Part shown: one piece after another, positions 27,330 to 38,055 of the stretch
How positions within the stretch are numbered: the first letter of the stretch is position 1
Layout of the letters: the number at the start of each line of letters is the position of its first letter
Virus record (IMG/VR): IMGVR_UViG_3300012205_000277
Location: 27,830 to 91,829 of that record
Strand: one strand, 5' to 3'
Origin: a virus
DNA: 64,000 nt
Position numbers and translations under genes: made by a program
Notes under the pieces: model-generated
What the model was told of the DNA's origin: nothing
The model's database searches: none
What the model saw: only the letters and a program-made list of their open reading frames with translations

Positions 27330-28010
27330 TTACTGCGCTTCGACAAGCAAGCCGTAGTAATCGACTCTTCCTAGATTGATAACATAGCCTCTGGTAATAT
27401 GGGCCGTCGGGCACGGCATCGTCAGAAGACATTTGTCCGCGTAATCAAATACTTCTTTCTTTCCGGGAACATTCCAACTCTCAGGGATACCCATCACCCG
27501 CTTTGCCAACTTGCTGATCGGCATCTTGCCGCTTCCGGGTCCGTGTTGGCCATAAGATACAGTCCCGCGCGTCAAAAATACAACTGTGCGTTGCTTGATC
27601 CGGAATAGCAATTCATGCCAGATCTCCCATGGATCGCCGTAACAGTCCACGTCCACCGTGTTATACCTACCCAAGCCTGTGCCGGTGTATTCATCGACTT
27701 TCGTATCGCCATTCAAGGCCGCGATAAAGCGCGGCGTGATTTTAATTTGGAGCTGGCCGGCTTGCTTCGCGACTGCATCGACCGGCGTATACGTTTGGAC
27801 TTGCAAGGCCCGCGGCTGATCCTCGGGAGATAAGTCCGGATCGTAGCGCGGCTGGCGCCGGAGCTCCGACCAAACCATTCCCTCCCCGGCAAATAAATCA
27901 AGGACACGCAGCGGTTCCATCTGGGCTTCCTCAATCAGGAACCTTCGTAGGTAAACTTTATCGGCTAAAGAACGATTGTCGGTTTTTTTCTGCAGCGCCG
28001 AAGCACTCAT
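27330..28010 (-). CDS. SAM-dependent methyltransferase-like protein
   Basis: VLDLFAGEG motif I; VDVDCYGDPW motif IV-like. Confidence 0.7.
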   Translation of the reverse strand: MSASALQKKTDNRSLADKVYLRRFLIEEAQMEPLRVLDLFAGEGMVWSELRRQPRYDPDLSPEDQPRALQVQTYTPVDAVAKQAGQLQIKITPRFIAALNGDTKVDEYTGTGLGRYNTVDVDCYGDPWEIWHELLFRIKQRTVVFLTRGTVSYGQHGPGSGKMPISKLAKRVMGIPESWNVPGKKEVFDYADKCLLTMPCPTAHITRGYVINLGRVDYYGLLVEAQ

Positions 28011-28333
28011 AGCGGATCGAGCCCGATATCGAGCGCCTTGAAAATCCACTGGCTTATTTCTGTCGCCGTGGCCAAGTCGCGCGCGCTGATTCTCAGGTCT
28101 GCAAGTTCGGTTTGGAATTCCGGCTGGTCCCAACAGGGAGCGTTGATCCAATGGCAAAGATAGTCGCGCACCAAAGAAATCTGTTCGTCAGTAACCGTGG
28201 TTCCTTTGATCCGATTGTCCAGGTAAGCGTTGACGGCGCTGATCAATGTTCCGGAGACTTCATCGCGCCAAAAAAAAGGGAGCCCCAGCGGGGGCTTGTA
28301 CGCGGCCGGCATAATTGTCATGGGGATTTGTCT

Positions 28334-28528
28334 CTAGGCAACAGCAGCTTCAGATTCGGGTTCAGGCTTTTTCTTTTTGGAGCCGGGCGGTCTGCCGCCA
28401 AGTTTTGCCCATCTGGATAATTGCGCGGCGGAATGTCTTTTTGCGCGAGCGCGGCCGCCTTTGCTGCCAACTTTTTGGAAAAATTCCAAAGCCGGGCCGC
28501 TCAATTTCAATTTGTCTTTCTTTGCCAT
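28334..28528 (-). CDS. Small basic KGG-repeat protein
   Basis: GSKGGRARAK..RWAKLGGRPPG; GAGG RBS. Confidence 0.75.
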   Translation of the reverse strand: MAKKDKLKLSGPALEFFQKVGSKGGRARAKRHSAAQLSRWAKLGGRPPGSKKKKPEPESEAAVA

Positions 28529-28556
28529 TGGTTCCTCGTCTGGTCATAAGTATACA

Positions 28557-29153
28557 CTAGGTTTTTGCCAGGAAATCGTAAACTTCATTTAGAAGATTGG
28601 TCACTTCCTCGAAAGAAGGTTTGAGTCCTTTTTGTCTAAGATGCATCCATAACGCGACGCGGAGAACTTGCTCCGACCTAGAATCACCTTTTATCGTATT
28701 CGCCCTGCGGGAGATAACGGATACATTACCATTGACATACCCAAGCTGAGGATAGAACTTATCAATACTGGCACAGTCTGGGTCAGGCGAACCCTTCGTT
28801 TTCTTCTGCACAAACGGCGTTCCGAATACCGGGCACTTCATTGGAAGTACGAGTCCCAATAGGTCGCCATAGGCGATGTGAGATTGTCCGTGCTTTCTCG
28901 CATACGCCTTGGCTCGCGAGAGCATTGCCCTGGCAATAGCGGGAGCACCTCCGCATTCCATACATTTGCCACGGATTTTACCGTGAGTGCAAACATTGCT
29001 CCCGCCGCATTCTTTGCAGTTAGTGCGCCTCTTTTTATGTTTGCAGAAACGGTGAGGAGCGCACCTTGCACAGTTGGACGCAGCGTTGCCGTGTTTGCAT
29101 CTTTTACTCCTGTAAACTCGCGTCATGCCGCCGAATAAGTCTGGTGAGTTCAT
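28557..29153 (-). CDS. HNH-type endonuclease with N-terminal CxH..CxxCGG repeats
   Basis: CPVFG..ASIDKFYPQLGYVNGNVSVISRRANTIKGD. Confidence 0.8.
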   Translation of the reverse strand: MNSPDLFGGMTRVYRSKRCKHGNAASNCARCAPHRFCKHKKRRTNCKECGGSNVCTHGKIRGKCMECGGAPAIARAMLSRAKAYARKHGQSHIAYGDLLGLVLPMKCPVFGTPFVQKKTKGSPDPDCASIDKFYPQLGYVNGNVSVISRRANTIKGDSRSEQVLRVALWMHLRQKGLKPSFEEVTNLLNEVYDFLAKT

Positions 29154-29212
29154 GTGCTGTGATTATATCAATCTTTGTCTCTATGTTTCAAGCCAGCGAG
29201 GCATGTGCTGCC

Positions 29213-29725
29213 TTACGGCTGTAGCAACCGCTGGATATATAATTTTGCCTTATCGTAGCCCCAGGCATGAATCGAATGGTCAATCTTGGTGACGTCCTCA
29301 TTCGGGAACACAACGTCAGCCGGGCCAGCGACTGACGGTTCCCAATTTATTGCGATGACTCGCTTGCGCCAGCCCAAAGTGACTCGGCCTTTCCTTGTGG
29401 TTATGGTGTACCACGGCTTCTGGCTGCAACAAGGCTGGGAGCAATAGCCGTTGGGAATTTCCTCTACGAAAATTAGCCCGGTAAGCGAAAAGGGTTCAAA
29501 TAGGCCAACCAGTGCTTGGCGTTCAACTTCCCGTTCGACGGCAACATCGGGATCGAGCCGCGCTGTTTCCAGCTCCAATGCTTCTACCAGTTTGTCGGCT
29601 AAGTCCCTCGCGGCGCGTTCATCGGCTTCGGTTACCGGCCGATGCAAAGAAACGCGAACCTCGATGCCCAAAGCATGCTTGCCAATGATTTCCTGCTTGT
29701 AAAGTGTCTTGTATTCGAGATTCAT
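29213..29725 (-). CDS. Conserved phage hypothetical protein
   Basis: EEIPNGYC..PWY..GRVTLGWRKRVIAINW..DVTK..IHAWGY. Confidence 0.75.
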   Translation of the reverse strand: MNLEYKTLYKQEIIGKHALGIEVRVSLHRPVTEADERAARDLADKLVEALELETARLDPDVAVEREVERQALVGLFEPFSLTGLIFVEEIPNGYCSQPCCSQKPWYTITTRKGRVTLGWRKRVIAINWEPSVAGPADVVFPNEDVTKIDHSIHAWGYDKAKLYIQRLLQP

Positions 29726-30609
29726 GGTCGTCCTTTCTTTTTATGCTTCAAGTCCTCAGCAATATTGCGACGAATTGTTCGCCAAGCTTTTTGCGCGCGC
29801 AAACTGCCGATGCTCGAAGCACCGCCGCATGTCGGACAAATGGTCAGGTGTGGCAGTTTGCATTTCAACTCCGAACACTTCCACGGCTTGTGGCATTTCT
29901 CGCAATCGTGGGTGTGTACTGGAAGGATTTTCAAATCCCCATTTGGAAGACCTTCCCGTTTATCACCGAGGAGCAATTCCACTTGCAATTTGTTTAGCGC
30001 GTCCCGAACATTGAATTGAACGCTCTTGGCCAGATCGCAGAAATTTACAGGATATTTGCCGCCCTCTTTCTTGTAAATCGCGCCTAAGTAGGCTCCAAGT
30101 TCTTCTTCCAGGGTTTCGGCATCGAATTCGAGCACGCTGCACCTGGACATAAATCGAGGCTCCAGATTCAATCTGCTGTTGGCTGTGAAAATGAAAATGG
30201 TTTTCGGCGGCCATGCGGTCGAATCCATTTTGGACAGGAGAGAGATTTGGGCCGCTGGCGACATTTTATCGGCCTCGTGAATAGAGAGGATATGCCAGTC
30301 GCAGGTTTTGCCGGTATCGAAATTGAATGCGCCGTATCTGCACATTTCCGTCTCGCGCCTTACCCGGTCCAGGTCGCATTCAGCGCTCGGGACTTCGTGA
30401 AGTTCGGCATTGATTTCTTCGGCGATGGCCTGTACCAGGGCCGTTTTCCCAAGGCCAGATCCGCCGAGAAAGAACCAGCTATGTTCGAATGGTTTCTTGA
30501 CGAATGGTTCGATCGTGCGTTTCACCTTCATCAATCCGATGAATTCGCTCACTCGCCGCGGGCGGTATTTCTCCGTTAGTGGCTCGGGGAACGGCAAGCT
30601 TTTCGTCAC
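29722..30609 (-). CDS. Clamp-loader-like AAA+ ATPase (RFC/DnaX type)
   Basis: LTEKYRP, GGSGLGKT, IHEADKM, FIFTAN, SRC motif, VRDALNKLQ. Confidence 0.88.
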   Translation of the reverse strand: MTKSLPFPEPLTEKYRPRRVSEFIGLMKVKRTIEPFVKKPFEHSWFFLGGSGLGKTALVQAIAEEINAELHEVPSAECDLDRVRRETEMCRYGAFNFDTGKTCDWHILSIHEADKMSPAAQISLLSKMDSTAWPPKTIFIFTANSRLNLEPRFMSRCSVLEFDAETLEEELGAYLGAIYKKEGGKYPVNFCDLAKSVQFNVRDALNKLQVELLLGDKREGLPNGDLKILPVHTHDCEKCHKPWKCSELKCKLPHLTICPTCGGASSIGSLRAQKAWRTIRRNIAEDLKHKKKGRP

Positions 30610-30968
30610 TTGAGCTGCCCTCCCTGACCCCAAAGATTGACGAAGACGCGCTTGCCATGCTCATCTTTCATCATGTTTGGGTGGGCGATGTCCTGACCCT
30701 GACAGTCATAATCGTAGATTTCCACGGTCATGCCGGGCGGGATGTTGTGAATCCTATGAATGACACCGCCATTCATGACGACGCGGATTGGCTTCTGTGT
30801 AGGAACTTCATGGCCCTTGCAATGCGTCCATTGGCCGGATTGCACCTGTGGACAATTTTTGTTGTCGCCGTGATGCATGGTGGTCATGTGTTTCTCCCTT
30901 TGGACGCTTAGGCCGCGCCCTGGCTTGAATCTTAGACACTAACATAAGTCCCGGCAGGGCAGGCGCGG

Positions 30969-31394
30969 TTAATCCTGCAAGACAATTGATCGCGTCGTTT
31001 GCAATAAAAATATCGGCTCGATCGGAGCACTGCTTGTGATTTTGCGGCCGGCCCGGAGGAATGCCTGTTCCGCCGCAGGAGTCGTCCGGCTCTTATCCAC
31101 TGGTTCCTTGGACAAGATCAGGTCGATGTGCTTGCACGCGATCTTCGGCGCTTTGTGAAACTTCCAGAACGGGCAGGAACATGCCCAGGTCCCGTCCGCT
31201 TTCATGGAAACTACGTATTGGGCATCGGAAGTCATGCTGGTGACTTGCCAACGCGCGATGTACTGCGCACTCGGTTTCAGTTTCGTAACCATTTTGTTTC
31301 TCCCTTTTTTTGATTCCAACCACTGTTTCACTTCGGCTTTGATGGCTGCATCAATTGTCTGCATCGTCTTCGGGAAGATTTTGTGCTTCTTCAT
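30969..31394 (-). CDS. SWIM zinc-finger protein
   Basis: WACSCPFW..CKHI; second strong in-frame start at 31292. Confidence 0.8.
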   Translation of the reverse strand: MKKHKIFPKTMQTIDAAIKAEVKQWLESKKGRNKMVTKLKPSAQYIARWQVTSMTSDAQYVVSMKADGTWACSCPFWKFHKAPKIACKHIDLILSKEPVDKSRTTPAAEQAFLRAGRKITSSAPIEPIFLLQTTRSIVLQD

Positions 31395-31936
31395 TTTGTT
31401 TCCTCCATCAGTCGTATGCATTCCTCAAGGCGCCCGGCGCGCAATAATCGGAGACGCTCACTCGCCGCCGGGATCGCCATCTCTCCTTTCCATCGTTGTT
31501 TGAGAAGCGGAAATCCGCGATGCCAATCGTTGAGCACACAAGCATCGCCGTCCCACGTGGCCTCATCGGCACGCTCTAGGGAAAATTCCACACCCAAATA
31601 AGCGGAACCTTCATTGAACCAGGTTGAGTCGAGCAGAATATTCTGCGCGTCTGCGTTCCAGGCATGAGGAACTGGCAAGGCGGCCCCACCAAAACCGGGC
31701 AGCGCATAGCCTTCGACATATTTAAGGTTGTAGATCGCGCCTGCAAAAACGGAATTCCCGTAGCAGTGTTTTGGAAGGCCGCGATAACCGTCTGGCGGAT
31801 AAGCCACCGGCTCGTACCAGATCCCATGCTCGATGATGAAGTCGGCGGAACAGGAATAGACAAAGCCATCCGGCTTCGTCATGCATTCCCGTATCTGTTC
31901 GAGGGCACGCAACAAGCGGTTTCGTGCCTGGTTCAT
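31391..31936 (-). CDS. Conserved phage protein (papain/transglutaminase-like Cys-His pattern)
   Basis: KHCYGNS..YVEGYA..PHAWN..LDSTW..YLGVEF. Confidence 0.65.
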   Translation of the reverse strand: MNQARNRLLRALEQIRECMTKPDGFVYSCSADFIIEHGIWYEPVAYPPDGYRGLPKHCYGNSVFAGAIYNLKYVEGYALPGFGGAALPVPHAWNADAQNILLDSTWFNEGSAYLGVEFSLERADEATWDGDACVLNDWHRGFPLLKQRWKGEMAIPAASERLRLLRAGRLEECIRLMEETK

Positions 31937-32129
31937 TTCTTGACCCATGGGACGGTATGCCAAGTCCTCAAGAGGAGGACATGCGGGATGGGATATGGTG
32001 TCCCGGCTTTAACTGCCTTCATGATCTTGCGCATCCCGTTCTTTCCGAACATCAACTCCATGTCCTTATAGAAGGCCGCAAGATGCTTGATCGGCACGGT
32101 GATATCCAGGGTGACGACGACCTCTGATT

Positions 32130-33632
32130 TCATGCGACCTTCTTCGGCGCGGCCTTTGGCTTGGATTTCTTTTCGCTGGCTTGTTTGGCCAATTGGGCGA
32201 GTGGGACACCAGCTTGTTTTGCTTTAGCATCGAGCAGTTGCGCCTTGTTGGTGCTGCCGCTGTGGAACCACAGGTCGGATTCCGCCAGCATGAGCAGATA
32301 GAGCCACTGATAAACGGCGTCTGCGGTCAATTTGGCAAGGTTCTTCTTGACTGTGCCGTGATAGTCCTTCCCGCCATACTTCGCGGCTGCTGGCTGCCAT
32401 TCCATGGCGTCAGCGAGACTTTTGGCGTGATCGTGGCTGAGTCCTTCGATCGCGTGGCCCAAGATTACGCGGTAGTCTTTAGTGGCCATCGGGAAGGTAT
32501 CCGACGCCAGTTCTTTGAATACCAGTGCGCGGCGCCGCAGCTCGATCTTGCGCTTTCGATCGGCCTGCTTTGATGCATCACTGCGTTTATAGCCCGAGTC
32601 AGAAGCATAAGACTGATGCGTCTTGCATTTCTGGTTCGTGCAAATCTTCAATATTTGACCAAGTTTCGCTTCCTGGTTGTGATTGGCATAGTGGCTGATC
32701 TGTTCGACCACCACGCCTTGTTTCGTGTCCGGGCAATTCTTGTCGCCGGCTTTTACCCAGGTCGTCAGGTGTTTGGCTCTGGAAGATTCATACTGCGAGG
32801 CAATGCTCAGCAGGACCGCGTCCTTGTGGGTACCCACCTGAATCTTGATGAAGGCCCGGGTCTTTTCCTCGAAGCAGGCCGGATCGGTGCAGGTGTCGGC
32901 GCTTCGCACGTCTTCAAAAAGCGCCTTGTTGAATCCGGTGCGTTTCGGGCAAGTCACACAGGACCCCGCTTTGGCTACCAGCTTCGCGTCAGTCGTATCG
33001 AATGGAGCCTGCTTCAGCACCAGAAAGAAATGCCGTGCGATTTCATCCGCGAGGTTGCGCGCACTGTCGCCACGCTTCAGCCAAGGCACGATTTGTTTCT
33101 GCTGCTCCGGCTGGAGCCGCGCGGCCTGGTCGGCATGGCCAACGCCGATTTTGTTTTCGAGAAACAGCTTCCGGATTGGCTCGATGAGATCCGCGTATTT
33201 CAATCGTCGCTGCACATACGCAGTTGACTTCCCTAGCCGTGTTGCGAGCTGCTCCAAGGACAAATTCCCTTCCTTCTGCAATTGCTGGTAGCCGGTACAT
33301 TGTTCGAGTGGGTGAATATTTTCCCGTTGATCGTTTTCAAGAACCATCAGTTCGACGGCCTGCTGATCGGTCATTTCGCGGACGAGTACTGGCACTTCGA
33401 CCAAGCCAGCATCTTTTGCGGCGAGATATCGCCGATGACCGGAGACGATCTCCAAATGCTTGTAGACCGGGCCTACGCCATTTTGCACTGGTCTCGCGAG
33501 CAAGGGCGTAACGATTCCTTGCTCGCGGATACTGGCAACCAATTCGGTCATGGCCTTCTTATCGAAGAATCGACGCGGATTGTTTTTTGACTCTTGCAGA
33601 CTTCCGATTGGCACTTTTTGTAGTTCTGACAT
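32130..33632 (-). CDS. parB: ParB/Spo0J-family protein
   Basis: NPRR..ELVASIREQGIVTPLLAR..IVSGHRRYLAA..ENDQRENIHPLE, then HTH. Confidence 0.92.
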   Translation of the reverse strand: MSELQKVPIGSLQESKNNPRRFFDKKAMTELVASIREQGIVTPLLARPVQNGVGPVYKHLEIVSGHRRYLAAKDAGLVEVPVLVREMTDQQAVELMVLENDQRENIHPLEQCTGYQQLQKEGNLSLEQLATRLGKSTAYVQRRLKYADLIEPIRKLFLENKIGVGHADQAARLQPEQQKQIVPWLKRGDSARNLADEIARHFFLVLKQAPFDTTDAKLVAKAGSCVTCPKRTGFNKALFEDVRSADTCTDPACFEEKTRAFIKIQVGTHKDAVLLSIASQYESSRAKHLTTWVKAGDKNCPDTKQGVVVEQISHYANHNQEAKLGQILKICTNQKCKTHQSYASDSGYKRSDASKQADRKRKIELRRRALVFKELASDTFPMATKDYRVILGHAIEGLSHDHAKSLADAMEWQPAAAKYGGKDYHGTVKKNLAKLTADAVYQWLYLLMLAESDLWFHSGSTNKAQLLDAKAKQAGVPLAQLAKQASEKKSKPKAAPKKVA

Positions 33633-34242
33633 TTCGTTTCTCCCTTGCAAAACTTCCAGGCGTCTTGCTGCCCTTTAAATAACTTTCCCTTGCTTATTGA
33701 GGAAGGCTTTCCAAGTGAACCGCGTGCACTCGCATTGGAGGCATTCAAGATGATGCAGGTCTCCGCCATGCTGTGACCTCTTGTGGCCGCAGCAGCAGAG
33801 TTCTTCGATGACCTTTGACCAATCGCGTTTCTTCTTCTTCATCAGGCTAGTTTCCGGCCATTGCGATTGCGCGCTTGATTGTTCGGGTAGAAAGACGCAT
33901 TGTGAAATAGGTCCACTTCCGCCCCACTTTCGTGCTGAAAATCTTACCGCCTGCAAGTTGTGGCTTCAGATGAATCGCTTTCATTTGGTTTCTCCTTTTT
34001 GTTATCGAGCATGTGTTTCGATAAATTCAGCGGCCTTGATGGCCATTGCCCGCCGATCGTCCATCGATACGGCTGTCTGTGAATGGCTTGGCCCTATCAG
34101 CCATCCGGCCCAGAACGCCAGTGCCGGCCCGGCCTCGGAATCAGATACTTCTGGTACTTCTCCGGTAAGCTGATACTGCCGCAGCCATTCGCTCACTTTC
34201 ATGTTTGGTACCTCTTAAAATTAGCGGCGGTTCCCGGCCCGC

Positions 34243-34330
34243 GTTTGCCGTTCCTGCCTTGCCGGGCCAAGGCGGGCCTTTTCGCAACTTTGCCCGCCTC
34301 TCCTTCCTTTCCTAGCCTGCCACGGCAAAC
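34243..34330 (-). repeat. 5-nt-period array closed by a 9-bp inverted repeat
   Basis: GTTTGCCGT...ACGGCAAAC enclosing gcctt gccgg gccaa ggcgg gcctt ttcgc aactt tgccc gcctc tcctt. Confidence 0.75.
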
Positions 34331-35401
34331 TTAGGCTGCAATCCCTTCTTTGAAAGCTTTCTTTAGTTGAGAAAAAACACATTCCGATTCCGCTATATCG
34401 GTGCGCATTTCCTTGACCCGCGGCTGAAAAAGTCTTCCACCGGCGCCGACATATAAGAATGTGATTTCGAGAATTGAACCAATCCTAATTCGAGAATCTT
34501 TCCCGTTCAAACTAACGCGGCCAACTTCACGCCATTTGCCTTCGTCGAGCAGTGCGAGTGTCGCGGAATTGTGACCTTTATGACCCATTCCAATGACCTT
34601 GCAACTCGCGCTCTTTAAGAATTTGAATTTCTTGTGTTGGCCGTTCCGACCTGCACGGTAAGGTGCATCTTTGCATTTGAAGCAGACACCTTCAGCGCGT
34701 TTTTTCAGAAGCAATGCTAAGGCGGCTTGCTTTTGTGTCGTTGAAAGCCAGGTATCGACCGTGAATTCCGGAGCCTTCTCGTCAAGAAGTAGCCAGCGCT
34801 TTTCGTAAGGCATGGTTTTGATATTCGTTCCATCGGCAAAGAAAATATCGAAGGCGTAATACTTGTCGCCGATGATCTCGCCATCTATGAAAAAAGAATC
34901 AAGGGCGATGGCTTTGAGACTGTCGACCAATTCTGCCGGGAGTGCAACTGTTTCACCCTTTTTGTTATAGCCCACGAAATTGCTGGCCTTTGTCTTTTCA
35001 ATTTGGCGGCGATGTCCGTCGAGTTTGGTTTGCAGAATATAGCGGTCATCTTTGACTAATGCTTCCGCTTCTTCTCGCGTGATTTCTTCCAACAACTCGA
35101 CCGGGAACTGCGTCCGCGTGCTGTTGGCTGGCGGTTCAACTGGTGCGAGCGGTGCCGCGGTGCCAGCTTCCGCGCCGACGTAGCCCTTGCTTGTTTTTTC
35201 GCGGACCAGGCGTTCGTAAATCTTGGTTGCTTCTTCGAGCGAAACTGGCGTTGGCGTCTTAGTCCCCGCGGTCAAAGTCCCAGCGCGACGACCATATTGA
35301 AAAAGCACAACGTATGCAGTACCTTTTTTGACCAACTGAAGCCGATACTCCTTATCCGAGTTCTCTTCGAGGCTCTTGTAATACAAAATCGTTGCCTTCA
35401 T
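34331..35401 (-). CDS. WGR-domain ATP-dependent DNA ligase
   Basis: SDKEY..QYGRR WGR domain; TKLDGHR, IDGEI, YAFDI, EGVCFK, KKFK ligase motifs. Confidence 0.9.
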   Translation of the reverse strand: MKATILYYKSLEENSDKEYRLQLVKKGTAYVVLFQYGRRAGTLTAGTKTPTPVSLEEATKIYERLVREKTSKGYVGAEAGTAAPLAPVEPPANSTRTQFPVELLEEITREEAEALVKDDRYILQTKLDGHRRQIEKTKASNFVGYNKKGETVALPAELVDSLKAIALDSFFIDGEIIGDKYYAFDIFFADGTNIKTMPYEKRWLLLDEKAPEFTVDTWLSTTQKQAALALLLKKRAEGVCFKCKDAPYRAGRNGQHKKFKFLKSASCKVIGMGHKGHNSATLALLDEGKWREVGRVSLNGKDSRIRIGSILEITFLYVGAGGRLFQPRVKEMRTDIAESECVFSQLKKAFKEGIAA

Positions 35402-35630
35402 TTTGATTCTCCCTTTGCATCGGATTCCAGGCTCGATGTTGCCCACAAAAATCGTCAAACTGTCACGTCGAACTGTTCCAAGAGGTCGGCGATGGCTTCC
35501 TCTTCGGTCGCTCCTTTTCCAATGATTGCCTTCGAATCAGGATCTCCACCATCGATTGTGCCGTCCACATAGGCTTGCCAGTCGTAGTTGCGCGTTGGAA
35601 TTGGAGGACAGACGAATACGGTTTTGATGT

Positions 35631-36143
35631 TCATGGTTTCTCCATTCGCAGATAATCTTCGATATCTTCTTTCGTGACATCGCGGAGGTCGGCGGGCCGG
35701 CTTTCGTCATCCCATTTGCGCTGCCTCGCGCCAAGATCATAGCCACCTTCCGATACCCAGCGCTCGTTGTATCCAACGGGCCACTTCATGCCTTTGATAC
35801 TCCAAAGCGAAAATTCATTGGATGTATCCACTAATCTGGATTCGGCTGGAAAAAGTTCGATGGCTTCTTCCTCCGGGCCGAGCAATTCATTTTTGATTCT
35901 CTGGAAGTGCCGCCAATCGCGGCGTGTGCTGCGAGCGTGATCGTGTATGGAGAGTTGAATTACTGTCCCAACTTCGATTCCATCCTTGTCGAAGAGTGGT
36001 GTCTCGCGTTTGTGAACGGTGTATAAATTGTTTCTGTATATCGATGTCTCTCTCTCATTCTTCTGTTCCATGCGCTTTCCCAAGTCTGTGTCCGGGGCTC
36101 TGGATACGCCAAAAGCTGGCTGGAGCGGCTCCCATTTGATCAT
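35631..36143 (-). CDS. Conserved phage protein (DUF7694-like)
   Basis: LSIH..DWRHFQRIKNELLGPEEEAIELFPAESRLVD. Confidence 0.75.
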   Translation of the reverse strand: MIKWEPLQPAFGVSRAPDTDLGKRMEQKNERETSIYRNNLYTVHKRETPLFDKDGIEVGTVIQLSIHDHARSTRRDWRHFQRIKNELLGPEEEAIELFPAESRLVDTSNEFSLWSIKGMKWPVGYNERWVSEGGYDLGARQRKWDDESRPADLRDVTKEDIEDYLRMEKP

Positions 36144-36625
36144 TCGAGTTCCTTTCTCATTTTGGCGCGAAGCACTTCCGCGGCTTGCTGGACGAGCCCA
36201 CGTTCGGCCAAGTGCGTCCAAATCCTGCGATAAAGGCTGACCGGATTCACGAAGATGGCATGATAGACAGCATTCAAGCCGCTATGAGAGAGCTGGTTGC
36301 GCTCAGGGCCGCAATCGAACATTGCACAACCGAATGGGCTGATATCGTGGATGCTACAAAGACCTTCGGGCGTCAGATTGATGCAACTGCCATCGGCTTT
36401 TACGGCTGGCACAAGAGTCGGGATGCGGAAAGTCTGCAAGCCTTTCATGACCAGCGCGCCTGGCGAAGCCAAAAGATTCGTCTCGGCCCACACAAGCGGG
36501 TCCACCCCGGCTGGCAGCATGTAGTCTAAGTCGGTTGGAATAAGGAATCCTGGCATGTATAAACAATTCGTACGACATACTTTGCAATCGCATATCGTGC
36601 GTTCCAGTCCAAATTCAGTTCTCAT
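36140..36625 (-). CDS. YkgJ-like cysteine-cluster protein
   Basis: CDCKVCRTNC..SCINL..GLCSIHDISPFGCAMF. Confidence 0.7.
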   Translation of the reverse strand: MRTEFGLERTICDCKVCRTNCLYMPGFLIPTDLDYMLPAGVDPLVWAETNLLASPGALVMKGLQTFRIPTLVPAVKADGSCINLTPEGLCSIHDISPFGCAMFDCGPERNQLSHSGLNAVYHAIFVNPVSLYRRIWTHLAERGLVQQAAEVLRAKMRKELE

Positions 36626-36967
36626 TGTTCGACTCCGTTGAGAGCAAACCAAAGCCTCTCGCCTAAAAGAAATCCGCAAGCCGTACCGACGAGCACCAGA
36701 AAAGGGAATATGTTCGTCATCAGGGCCTCTCTATTGTGGGTTTTAGTTTTCTGTGGTCGTGATTCTGAATCAGGATGCTGATCTCGTCCACGTACTGTGG
36801 ATTCTCGTTCAGCCATTGCTGCGTACAGACCATGGAGCCGAGAATCACGGCCACGTCTCCCACGGGCTGATGGCAACAGGTCCACCCGAAAGTAAGTCTG
36901 CCGTTGCGCTCGATACCGAAGATAGCGGACTGGCCTTCTTCAAGTGGCTGCTGACAAGGTCCACAGA

Positions 36968-37255
36968 TCATTGAGCCCTCCAGTTTCTCGCCACCGGCGA
37001 TTCGTTCAGGTCGCAATCCGCAAGTAACAATCGCCACATCCACTCTTCGCGCTCTTGCTTGGCGAGAAGGCGAAGCGTGCCGTGGGGGAATGGCTTTGCC
37101 GGCTCCCGCAGTTCATAGCCTTGTTCTTTGAACGCAGCGCGGAGTTTCTTGAATGCCGACCGTTCAAGCTGAGATACCCGCATCGCGGTAAGTCCCATGG
37201 CGCGGCCAACTTCTTCTTGACTCATCACCGTGAGCTGTTGAAGCATTTTTGTCAT
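36968..37255 (-). CDS. Sigma70 region-4 HTH protein
   Basis: MSQEEVGRAMGLTAMRVSQLERSAFKKLR. Confidence 0.85.
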   Translation of the reverse strand: MTKMLQQLTVMSQEEVGRAMGLTAMRVSQLERSAFKKLRAAFKEQGYELREPAKPFPHGTLRLLAKQEREEWMWRLLLADCDLNESPVARNWRAQ

Positions 37256-38055
37256 AACACCCTTTCAATCTCGACCGTAAAAGCTGTTAACGGTCTGTTT
37301 GGGCGATTGTCATCGCGGTACGGACACCGTTTGCTTTGCTGCTTCCAGAAGTTCAGCGCTTCTTCGGCATCGGCAAACTTCTTGGCTTCATTGATATCTG
37401 CCGTGACGATGACTTTCCCGAGCCCGGCCTCGTCGGTGTCTGCATGAAATTCTTTGATGTACTGGCCATCTTCCGGACCGGGAATCAGCAAAGCGTTGCA
37501 GATGATTTTTATGCAGACCATAGTCTCCTTAGCGCTTCCTCCGCTTGAGGCGAATGTTGGAATAAATCACAAGTTGAATATTTTGCAATGGCCCGCACGG
37601 CCGGATATCGTCGCCGTGGCAGTTGGTTTGATTGCAATTCGTAATGTCACTGCCCTGGTATCCGGTATCGATTTGAATCTTCCCGCAAGATTTACATTGG
37701 TAGGGAATCCCGGTGACTTTGCTGAGTTTTGTCGGTTTTGGTCTCGGTTTCAGAATGTGTGCCACGGTCCCTCCAGGTTTTCCGGCTCGATGCCGTTGGC
37801 GCGCAGAATGTCACGCACGGAATCGAGCCAGCGCTGGCGCGGCCGGCCTGACAGTTCGTCCATGAACAAACTGTTCACGGGACTGCCGATGAAGGATTCG
37901 GCCTCGCGCAATCTTTCCAGGGCCTCTTCCTGCATTTCCATCTGTTTCTTCTTCGGCACTCGGCCATCAAAGTCGCGTTTCTGTTCAGTTCTTTTATGCA
38001 TGATTTTTCCTTCGTCACGCCTGAGATTTGGATGAATCTTCATTCCAATTCCTCT

